25,365 nucleotides of DNA, from assembly GCA_043718025.1 (NCBI GenBank), contig JAYSWN010000143.1, positions 1-25,365 of the forward strand, read 5' to 3'. Positions 1-7,260 of this stretch are shown here, one piece after another (positions within the stretch are counted from its first letter, which is position 1; the number at the start of each line of letters is the position of its first letter). This DNA is from Pseudomonadota bacterium. Its GTDB lineage: Bacteria; Bdellovibrionota; FAC87; UBA2466. The notes beneath the pieces were generated by a model. The model made no database searches. It saw only the letters and a program-made list of their open reading frames with translations, and was not told where the DNA came from. Both the position numbers and the translations under genes were made by a program.

Positions 1-491
1 TTTGCCACCGCGTAGTAGATACGCACCATTTGCGCCGATTTTCCGATGATGCTGCGTTGGCTGTCGCCGTCGGCGGCTCGCACCAGCTCTGGGCGGTTCT
101 GCGCCGACTCTATTTGGCGAATGGCTTTGTTGAGCACCGGCGGTAATTCAATCTCAAGTAGGGCGAGATCCATCGGCTTACTTAGGTAATCGAAGGCACC
201 GTCGTGAAGCGCTTTTACCGCACCGTCGATATTTCCGTAACCGGTAAGAAAGATCACTTGGCTTTGCGGGTTGGCGGCTTTGATCGGCCCCACCAGAAGC
301 GTGCCGTCTTGGTGATCGAGATTGATGTCACTAATTACAACGTTAAAACGGCTACTTCCGGCCAGCACTCGCAAGGCCTCATCAAACGAGGAAGCAATGG
401 TTACCGAGTGTCCCTGACGTCTAACGATATCTCCCACCACGGTTGCCGTAGGCCTGTCGTCATCAATAACCAGAACATGATTTTCCGCCAC
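1..491 (-). CDS. NtrC-family sigma-54-dependent response regulator (N-terminal part; runs off the left edge)
   Basis: Not in the ORF track; translated by hand from GTG at 491 (SD-like AGAGGGG upstream): MAENHVLVIDDD...FNVVISDINL...DG...VIFLTGYGNIDGAVKALHDGAFDYLSKP...SIIGKSAQMVRIYYAVA. This is a receiver domain followed by the IIG-S--M linker that precedes the AAA+ domain of enhancer-binding proteins. Confidence 0.9.
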   Translation of the reverse strand, partial: MAENHVLVIDDDRPTATVVGDIVRRQGHSVTIASSFDEALRVLAGSSRFNVVISDINLDHQDGTLLVGPIKAANPQSQVIFLTGYGNIDGAVKALHDGAFDYLSKPMDLALLEIELPPVLNKAIRQIESAQNRPELVRAADGDSQRSIIGKSAQMVRIYYAVA

Positions 492-731
492 AGTTCGCCC
501 CTCTAGAATAGCCGGCACGAACCCATGCTACACCCCTGCGCTAACCAAACACCATCTGCAAAACCTGAGTAAGGTATAGGCTTTCTAAATTATCAATACA
601 AATGAAGAATATACTGACGGCAAAACAGCGAGATTTTTGGCGCTTTTTAGTCGACAAAAAAAACCTCACTGAGGCCGGGGCGGGGTAAAAAAGCTTAGGA
701 TTTTTACGAGCAGAGAGAGTAGAAACTCGCT

Positions 732-1421
732 ATGAAACCTGACGATAGTCTTAGTCTAGAGCGCTTCGCCCAAATAGCTTGTCATGATTTGAAAGAACCG
801 CTTCGCAGCATCACCACGTTTAGCCAGCTACTCAAAAAACAGCTTGAAGGACATATTGACGATAAGTCTAAGGAATTTCTTGATTTTCTATGTGTCGGCT
901 CGCTCCGAATGCACGACCTGGTGACCGCGCTTGAGGCCTTTGCTGCTTCGACAAACGTGGCGACCGAGCACTTTTCTCTAGTGGATATGAATCAGGTTTT
1001 TACTGCTGCGATTGCGGCCGTTAGCGCTTCGTCTGTCGCCCCCACCGCCGAGTTTACCGTTCCCCAGGGCCTGCCGCCGGTTTATGGGGACGAGCGGCAA
1101 CTGACACTTCTCGTTCAACAATTGCTAAGCAATTCGCTTAAGTTCGTGAAGGAGGTGCCGGTAAAGATTTTGATTTCGTTCAAATTGACCGGTGACCGTT
1201 GGGAGTTTGGCATTCGCGATAACGGGATTGGCTTTCGGCCCGCCGAGGCCCAGGAGATCTTTCTTCCCTTTAAGCGGCTTAATTCCAAGGATCGTTATCC
1301 TGGCACCGGCCTGGGTCTGGCCATCTGCAAAAATATTATTAGACTACACCGGGGCGAGCTTTGGGCGGAGGCGGAACCGTCGAAGGGGGCTCTTTTTTGT
1401 TTTACCTTGCCGACCATTTAG
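732..1421 (+). CDS. Histidine kinase (HisKA + HATPase only, no sensor domain; phytochrome-like kinase core)
   Basis: H-box CHDLKEPLR, N-box QLLSNSLKF, G1 DNGIG, F-box IFLPFKRL and G2 GTGLGLAICK. Confidence 0.93.
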   Translation: MKPDDSLSLERFAQIACHDLKEPLRSITTFSQLLKKQLEGHIDDKSKEFLDFLCVGSLRMHDLVTALEAFAASTNVATEHFSLVDMNQVFTAAIAAVSASSVAPTAEFTVPQGLPPVYGDERQLTLLVQQLLSNSLKFVKEVPVKILISFKLTGDRWEFGIRDNGIGFRPAEAQEIFLPFKRLNSKDRYPGTGLGLAICKNIIRLHRGELWAEAEPSKGALFCFTLPTI

Positions 1422-1441
1422 ATTGCCGAGCCTGAAACAGG

Positions 1442-1484
1442 AATTGCCTTGGGGGCGACGGTGCAAGTCGCTCCCAAGGCAATT
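1442..1484. terminator. 18-bp inverted repeat between convergent genes (probable terminator)
   Basis: AATTGCCTTGGGGGCGAC-ggtgcaa-GTCGCTCCCAAGGCAATT with one G-U pair; lies between the kinase stop (1421) and the KGG gene stop (1515). Confidence 0.7.
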
Positions 1485-1514
1485 TGGGGGAGTGTGGCGG
1501 GGGATGGGGGTTTT

Positions 1515-1745
1515 TTAACCCACGCTGCGTGAGTAGCTCTCGCTTTCGAACTCATCGCGGTCGATCTCTTCGTCCACGACTTTAAAGTGATTTGCTCCTC
1601 TGCCGCCGTGCGACGCACGGCCACCCTCTCGGGCAATCTCTCTCACCCTCTCTTTGTCCATTGAAGCAAACCCGCGCCTCGAGGTGTCGCCCGTCGGTCG
1701 CGCTTCCTTCTTTACGACTTTTGATTGCTTTTCATCATTGCGCAT
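1515..1745 (-). CDS. KGG-motif general stress protein (YciG/GsiB/Con-10-like)
   Basis: RGFASMDKERVREIAREGGRASH is the KGG stress motif. ATG at 1745 is preceded by SD AAGGAG. Confidence 0.85.
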   Translation of the reverse strand: MRNDEKQSKVVKKEARPTGDTSRRGFASMDKERVREIAREGGRASHGGRGANHFKVVDEEIDRDEFESESYSRSVG

Positions 1746-1808
1746 ATCGTGACTCCTTAATGATGCCGGCACTGGTCCGACCATTTTCGTTTTGACGAAA
1801 TAACGAAT

Positions 1809-1824
1809 TGCAAACGGTGCGCCA
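1809..1824 (-). promoter_or_regulatory. Sigma-54 (-24/-12) promoter for the KGG stress gene
   Basis: Minus strand reads TGGCGCACCGTTTGCA, with exact GG-N10-GC spacing and a near-consensus TGGCAC-N5-TTGCA, about 64 nt upstream of the ATG. Confidence 0.75.
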
Positions 1825-1838
1825 TTCTCTTCAGGCTC

Positions 1839-1907
1839 AGCTTTTGCGCAAAAGCTTTGGGTTGTTTCATAACCTGCGTTTCATTTCGCAACATGCCTCA
1901 TTTCGCA
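1839..1907. promoter_or_regulatory. Candidate regulator binding sites (perfect 18-bp palindrome plus a direct repeat)
   Basis: AGCTTTTGCGCAAAAGCT at 1839-1856; TCATTTCGCA at 1881-1890 and 1898-1907. Confidence 0.5.
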
Positions 1908-1914
1908 CTACAAT
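1886..1914 (+). promoter_or_regulatory. Putative sigma-70 promoter, leaderless type, for the peptidase
   Basis: TCGCAA-N17-TACAAT, then 7 nt to ATG 1922; no clear SD. Confidence 0.5.
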
Positions 1915-1921
1915 ATAGGCA

Positions 1922-2800
1922 ATGAAACCGGGAATTGATGACGAAGGGTTTGTGTCTGTCGACGGTGGTGAAGTTTTTTACACCGTTGTCGGCGGAGGGG
2001 ATAAAACGCCGCTGCTCGTGTTGCACGCTGGCCCAGGGTTTTCCCACGATCTGCTTCGCAAGTTGGATGGCCTCGGCGATGAACGGCCGATTATTTATTA
2101 CGACCAGTTGGGCAGCGGGAGATCCGAACGGCCAAAAGATCCCACGCTGTGGGAGATTAAACGCTTCGTAAAAGAGCTAGGCCAGGTGCGCGAGGCCTTA
2201 GAGTTGAGTGAGGTGGTTCTCTTTGGCGCTTCGTGGGGAACGATGCTGGGGGTCGATTATTTGCTCACCGAACCTAGCGGGGTGAAAGCGGCGATTCTTG
2301 GCCACCCCTGTTTAAGCGCCAGTCGTTGGAAACAAGACACGGCGGCGCTGCTTAAGCTTTTGCCCGACAAAGTGCAGAATGCAATTCATACCCACGAAGA
2401 GGCGGGCACCACCGATTCGAAAGACTACCAGCTCGCCTTTATGGAATTCGTAAAGCATTTTTGCTGCCGAATCGAACCTTTGCCTAAGGAGGTGCTGGGG
2501 GCGTTTGGAATTGCGAACATGGAAGTTTACCAGCACATGTGGGGACCAAGTGAATGGTTTCCCACCGGCAATTTACGAGACTACGAAAGGGTCTCTGATC
2601 TCAATCGCATTAAAGTGCCAACGCTTTTTCTCTGTGGTAGGCACGACGAGGCCACTCCTGAGGCTACGGCGCTTTACCACCAGAATTTACCCGGTTCAAA
2701 AATGGTAGTGATTGAACAGGCTTCACACTTGGCCTACTGGGAGCAGGAAGCGGCGTATCGAAAAGAGATTCGCGCTTTCTTGAACGAAGTTTCTATTTAA
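1922..2800 (+). CDS. pip: Proline iminopeptidase / proline-specific peptidase (alpha/beta hydrolase)
   Basis: HAGPG oxyanion motif, YDQLGSGRS, nucleophile GASWG, MWGPSEW, GRHDE (Asp) and ASH (His). Confidence 0.88.
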   Translation: MKPGIDDEGFVSVDGGEVFYTVVGGGDKTPLLVLHAGPGFSHDLLRKLDGLGDERPIIYYDQLGSGRSERPKDPTLWEIKRFVKELGQVREALELSEVVLFGASWGTMLGVDYLLTEPSGVKAAILGHPCLSASRWKQDTAALLKLLPDKVQNAIHTHEEAGTTDSKDYQLAFMEFVKHFCCRIEPLPKEVLGAFGIANMEVYQHMWGPSEWFPTGNLRDYERVSDLNRIKVPTLFLCGRHDEATPEATALYHQNLPGSKMVVIEQASHLAYWEQEAAYRKEIRAFLNEVSI

Positions 2801-2804
2801 ACAC

Positions 2805-3455
2805 TTAGGCCTGGTCGAGAGCGCTCAAGAGCCGCTTAGTGGCATAAAAAGCCCGCGAAGAAAATTTTTGGCCGGTGATGGGGCAAGTGCTTAGCCCTTT
2901 GCCGTCGCCGGTGGGGCGTAGTTGAATCAAATCAGAAAAACTTCCTAAGTCGTTGTGCTGCGCCATTTCTCCGCTACTCACCAAATGGCGAACGTCTTCC
3001 CAAAAACTTTTCACTTCGTTCACCAGGACCGGATCGGTAACGTCCACCGCTGAGATGCTCACCGCCCTGGCGGCGATTGGTGTTTGGTATTCGCAGCCGA
3101 TGAGAATCAGGCGCGATAACTTTCTCCACAGAATAGAACTTGCGAACTCTTCGTCTAAAATTTTTTTTGGATTCAGGTTGGTGACTTTTACCGTTTCTTT
3201 AAAATGCCACTCACCTTCTTTTTGAAAAACCTTAGTAGACTTGAGTTCGAAATCGACCCCGTCGGGTGAGGCGAGGTTTGAGTTTTTGAGATGGGCCAGC
3301 TGCTCCAGAGTTTGACCCACCCAGCCCTTATTCAGTTTTCCGTTCTTCTCGACCGTAAGACCGCGCTCTAATGCCAAGGGGTACAACGCTTTTCCAAGTA
3401 CCTGCCGCCGAAGCAGGGCAATCACATGTTCGCGGTCGGGCGTTAGGCTCTGCAC
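2805..3455 (-). CDS. MutH/Sau3AI-family PD-(D/E)xK endonuclease (single domain)
   Basis: NKGWVGQTLE, PDGVDFELKS, KET, KLSRL, WED, IQLRP and RAFY follow the order of E. coli MutH motifs DKGWIGVLLE, D..GVELKT, LET, KLKRV, WEE, LQIRPK and RGFY (recalled from memory). Confidence 0.82.
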   Translation of the reverse strand: MQSLTPDREHVIALLRRQVLGKALYPLALERGLTVEKNGKLNKGWVGQTLEQLAHLKNSNLASPDGVDFELKSTKVFQKEGEWHFKETVKVTNLNPKKILDEEFASSILWRKLSRLILIGCEYQTPIAARAVSISAVDVTDPVLVNEVKSFWEDVRHLVSSGEMAQHNDLGSFSDLIQLRPTGDGKGLSTCPITGQKFSSRAFYATKRLLSALDQA

Positions 3456-3458
3456 GTT

Positions 3459-4547
3459 TTATTTAGTTGCGGGTGTCGCAATGGTCTGGTCATTGGTTTT
3501 TCCAGCGCCAGAAACGCGAAGCAGTCCGTCCGCTAAATTTACTTTTAGCGGGGTGACCTCGGTGATTCCCAGCTCTTCCATAAACCCAAGCACCAGCATT
3601 AGATTAGGAACTTGGTTTTCCACGTATTTGGTTCCCACCTTTTCATCGGTCAAATTCCAACTCGCTTCTAAGGCGCGCTTAACCATACCCTGATCGTAGT
3701 ACTTATCTTCGGGGGCCATCGCTTGGTCTTTAAGGCTAATGGCGTGCACGCCACCGATGCCTAAGACCCGGGTTTCGGGATCGGTCACTTTGGTTTTGAC
3801 GAGCGGGGCGGCTATTTTGGCCTCTTTACGGATGAGCGCCAGTCCCTTGCTTACCGCCGATTTTCCTACGGGATTGACGCTTACCCCTTTTTTACGTTTT
3901 TGAATGGCGCGAACTCTTTCTTTGAGAATATCGGAACCAAAGCGGTTGTTGGCGCCGGTGATCCCGCCGGAGGCGTCGAGATGCGAAATTTGTTGCGAGC
4001 CGCCGCCGATGTCCCACACCACGGTTTTCGCCGGATCAGTTTTGGCCACGCCCACCGCGCCCCAAAACCCTAGCGAGGCCTCTTCCTCTTGCGACACCAC
4101 CCGCAACGCAATGCCGGTCGCTTTGCCTATTTTTTCAAGCGCCTCTTTGCCATTCTGGGCCTCGCGAAAAGCCGCCGTGGCCACGCCAAGGTATTCGGTG
4201 GCCCCAAGTGGCTCGGCCAACGCTTTTAAGTTTTTGAGCTCGGTGATCCCCATTTCGATAACGGCGTCAGAAAGCACATTGTTTTTGCCACTGGCCTTCA
4301 GGGCGTCCATGTAAGTCACTTTGCGTTCTCCGTTGTCGCTCGGAACGGGGAACAAAAGTTCAACCGCAACCGTTGATCCGGAAGTGGTGACTCGGCCTAC
4401 CTTCATTTTGGTGGAGCCCGAGCCGATATCAAAAGCCGCGCGAACCGCCACTTTGGCATTGGGGTCTAGTTTGATCTCTGACGATGAGGCGCACCCGGAC
4501 AAGAGGGGGATGGCGACAAAAAGAAAAAGGGTTCGGAACTGGCGCAT
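3459..4547 (-). CDS. Ppx/GppA-like ASKHA phosphatase with lipoprotein signal peptide
   Basis: DIGSGSTK, ATAAFREAQN, SQEEEA, DIGGGSQ and GIGG motifs; N-terminus MRQFR + hydrophobic stretch + lipobox LSG-C; no C-terminal HD domain. Confidence 0.82.
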   Translation of the reverse strand: MRQFRTLFLFVAIPLLSGCASSSEIKLDPNAKVAVRAAFDIGSGSTKMKVGRVTTSGSTVAVELLFPVPSDNGERKVTYMDALKASGKNNVLSDAVIEMGITELKNLKALAEPLGATEYLGVATAAFREAQNGKEALEKIGKATGIALRVVSQEEEASLGFWGAVGVAKTDPAKTVVWDIGGGSQQISHLDASGGITGANNRFGSDILKERVRAIQKRKKGVSVNPVGKSAVSKGLALIRKEAKIAAPLVKTKVTDPETRVLGIGGVHAISLKDQAMAPEDKYYDQGMVKRALEASWNLTDEKVGTKYVENQVPNLMLVLGFMEELGITEVTPLKVNLADGLLRVSGAGKTNDQTIATPATK

Positions 4548-4622
4548 TGATAGCTCTCCGTAAAAAGTCAGATAAATGGGGTGCCTCTGGTGTAGGGGTA
4601 GTTAACACGGAGTGTCTCTCGG

Positions 4623-4652
4623 TTGCAATGCCACGACGGTCAGGGCTAGGTT
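4623..4652 (+). promoter_or_regulatory. Putative sigma-70 promoter, leaderless type, for tadA
   Basis: TTGCAA-N18-TAGGTT, then 6 nt to GTG 4659. Confidence 0.45.
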
Positions 4653-4658
4653 ACGGAT

Positions 4659-5138
4659 GTGGAGCCTCAAGAACGCGAACAATGGATGGACGTGGCAATT
4701 GGCCTGGCAAAAGCTGCGGCCGAACACGATGAGGCCCCGATCGGAGCCTTGCTCGTGCACGAGGGCAAGATTTTGGGGCAGGGCAGAAACCGCCGCCAAG
4801 AGACCCAACGTACTGCGGCCCACGCTGAATTCGAGGCACTAGAGCAATTTCATTGCACCTATAAGTCTTGGCGTCTGCCGGTGGGCACGGCCCTGATTGC
4901 CACTTTAGAGCCGTGCCTGATGTGCACGGGCGCCCTGTTGTGGGCCAGGGCCACTTACATTTACTACGGCTGCGCTGACCCCAAGGGGGCGGGACTAAAT
5001 CTTATGCTGCCGGTGATTGAATCGGGGCGTTTCGATCACAAGTTTGCGCAAGTGGGCGGCGGCATTCGCGAAGGGGAATGCGCAGATTTATTAAAAGCCT
5101 TTTTTAAAAAGAAGAGGTTGCAGCCAGGGCTAAGCTAA
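4659..5138 (+). CDS. tadA: tRNA-specific adenosine deaminase
   Basis: EAPIGA, GRN, AHAE, TLEPCLMC zinc motif, DPKGAG and C-terminal ECADLLKAFFKKKR. Confidence 0.88.
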   Translation: MEPQEREQWMDVAIGLAKAAAEHDEAPIGALLVHEGKILGQGRNRRQETQRTAAHAEFEALEQFHCTYKSWRLPVGTALIATLEPCLMCTGALLWARATYIYYGCADPKGAGLNLMLPVIESGRFDHKFAQVGGGIREGECADLLKAFFKKKRLQPGLS

Positions 5139-6116
5139 ATATTTTCTGAGACCCAAGCCCTTCGGATGCGGATCCCAAAATAAATTTTGCTCAAGGTACG
5201 GCACGCCCACGCGTCGGCTAGTGTGGCGAAGGAGAGAGACTACGGTTTGAAACGCCACTTCGCCGCTGTGGTAGCCTTCTAACTCTTCCCACAACGCCTT
5301 GCGCTCCTTTGCCTCAACCCGGTCTTTTACGTAACCAAAAAGATGCTGAAGCACGTTGTAACGGCGGCCGGGGGTGGTCCCTTTAGCTAAGGCTTCCAAA
5401 AACAGAGTGCGGTAATGCGCAAACACAATGCTGATAGGTTGCCGATCGGAATTGGCGGCCAGTCGCCCCAATTGCGCCACCGACTTGGGGCTGTGGGCCA
5501 TCAGCAAATATTTGTAACGTTGATGGAAGAGCTGAAGTGCAGGAATGGTAGGCGCCAATGCATTCCACCGGTGGAGCGCATAAACGCGGGTAACAAAGTG
5601 TTCGCGCTGTTCGGCATCGGTAAGCCGACCCTCTTCGATTACCGGGAGCTCCGGATATTTTGTGACTAGGGCCGTGGCAAAAATTCCCTGGCCGTCGCGC
5701 GCCGAGTGCCCCCCTTTTTGTTCAACCTTTACTCGCTCTAGGCCACAAGAAGGAGAGTCTTTCTTAAAGATAAAGCCCTGAAGTGGGGGAAGGGCGGCAA
5801 TGAGCCGTTTCGCCGTTTTGGCGGCAAGCGCGGTAAGGTCGAGCTCAGTTTCGTTTCCGATCAGGCGGATCGTTTCGCCCTCTTTGACGAGCCGAATGCT
5901 CTCGCGCGGAACGCCCAGCCCCATTTCAAACTCGGGGCAGAGCACATGCCACTGCACCTGCTGGCCCAACTCTTTGATGAGCCAAACTTGCCCTTTATGA
6001 CCACCATCAAAGCGGACTGCGTTTCCTAATAGACAAGAGCTGATGCCGACCATGGGCTTTTCCACCGCGGTAGCGGGCCCGGTTGGTGGCTCTTGTTGGG
6101 AAGTGGCTTTAGACAA
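5130..6116 (-). CDS. DUF523 + DUF1722 protein (YbgA/RudS-type; TudS-like 4Fe-4S thiouridine desulfidase domain)
   Basis: GISSCLLG..VRFDGGH, CPE and KKDSPSCG (DUF523 cluster ligands), EEGRL, FHQRYKYLLMAHS, NVLQHLFGY and YLEQN (DUF1722). Start uncertain (TTG 6116 or ATG 6053). Confidence 0.9.
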   Translation of the reverse strand: MSKATSQQEPPTGPATAVEKPMVGISSCLLGNAVRFDGGHKGQVWLIKELGQQVQWHVLCPEFEMGLGVPRESIRLVKEGETIRLIGNETELDLTALAAKTAKRLIAALPPLQGFIFKKDSPSCGLERVKVEQKGGHSARDGQGIFATALVTKYPELPVIEEGRLTDAEQREHFVTRVYALHRWNALAPTIPALQLFHQRYKYLLMAHSPKSVAQLGRLAANSDRQPISIVFAHYRTLFLEALAKGTTPGRRYNVLQHLFGYVKDRVEAKERKALWEELEGYHSGEVAFQTVVSLLRHTSRRVGVPYLEQNLFWDPHPKGLGLRKYLA

Positions 6117-6119
6117 TGT

Positions 6120-7079
6120 TTACGCCGGCGTTGCCGAAGGGGTTGAGCGAGAGCCTAACGGCTGATTTTTTTCGGCCGGCTGCATCCCGTTCGAGGCTTC
6201 GCTCAGCGTGGGGTACACAAAACGAAAGCCCATTTTCTGCAGCCGCTCTGGCTTCACGCGGTGGCTGTCGGAAATAGAATCTAGTTTCTCGCCACTAAAC
6301 AGGCGCGCCACCGGGGCCAATGCCGAAAGCGAAAGGCGGTTACCCGATTGGCGTTTGATGAAATCTACAAAGTCAGAGTGAGTGCAGGGCTCAGCACTGC
6401 TTACATTGAGAATGCCTTCGACGGCTTGGTTGCTCAAACACGCCACAATCGCACTCACGGCATCATCCACGTGAATCCACGATGCCCATTTCCCCGCTGA
6501 GCCGCCGCCGCCAAAGGCTGGGGCGTGGGCAAACACCGCTGCCTGGGGCCCAAGCAAAAAGCCCAAGCGTAAAAGAACTAGTCGCCCCATGCCGTAGGGA
6601 AGGGCGCGCGCTTCGCGCTCCATCTCCGCGTAAACCTTGGCCAAGAAGTCGTCGCCGGAGGGAAACGACTCGTTAATCCACTTCTCACCCTGCTCGCCAT
6701 AAATCATGGTCGAGGAGGCCAAAATCAAAGTGATGGGCCGCCCTTTTCGTTCTTTCAACGATTCGATCAAGTGGCGGGTGCCGGTAACGCGGCTGGCTTT
6801 AATTTTATTCTTTTTGTCATCGCTCCAGCGGCCGTCCATCCAACATTCGCCGGCCAGATGGATGATCGCATCGACGTTACGAATAGCCTCGGCCGAGGGC
6901 TTTGCGGTGAGGGCGTCCCAGTAGAAGCCGAGCACCTTTTTACCCGTACGTTTACTTAAGGTGGAGGCTTGGTTCTCTGCCGATCGCGACAACAGAGTGA
7001 CCTCATGGCCCAGCAAGACAACTTGCTCGACCAAGCGCGAACCCAAAAAGCCGCTACCGCCAGTAATTACAATTTTCAT
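6120..7079 (-). CDS. TIGR01777/YfcH-family NAD-dependent epimerase-like oxidoreductase
   Basis: ITGGSGFLG Rossmann motif, IHLAGE, RWSDDKK..IKASRV.GT, DFLA, SWIHVDD and RVKPERLQKMGFRF.YPTL. Confidence 0.9.
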   Translation of the reverse strand: MKIVITGGSGFLGSRLVEQVVLLGHEVTLLSRSAENQASTLSKRTGKKVLGFYWDALTAKPSAEAIRNVDAIIHLAGECWMDGRWSDDKKNKIKASRVTGTRHLIESLKERKGRPITLILASSTMIYGEQGEKWINESFPSGDDFLAKVYAEMEREARALPYGMGRLVLLRLGFLLGPQAAVFAHAPAFGGGGSAGKWASWIHVDDAVSAIVACLSNQAVEGILNVSSAEPCTHSDFVDFIKRQSGNRLSLSALAPVARLFSGEKLDSISDSHRVKPERLQKMGFRFVYPTLSEASNGMQPAEKNQPLGSRSTPSATPA

Positions 7080-7260
7080 AGGTGTGTTCTTCTAGTTTAG
7101 GCCGAGTGTAGACGAAAGCATAAAGTCTGTTCAAGCCCACGATTTCTTTGGGGAGCTGACTTTAGATGTCTCTACGGCGCGCCGTGCCGTCTACTAATGC
7201 CCCTTTCGCTGGTATGTTTACCGCTGCAAGGTGTTTTCGCCGATTACGGAGCCAAATCTC

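Noticed and set aside
204..506. 100-aa + strand ORF
   Set aside because: Antisense shadow of the response regulator on the minus strand; no motifs.
2805..3455. Complete Sau3AI-type restriction-modification system
   Set aside because: Only a single MutH-sized domain is present and no DNA methyltransferase is in the window; the TylF enzyme is a small-molecule/sugar O-methyltransferase.
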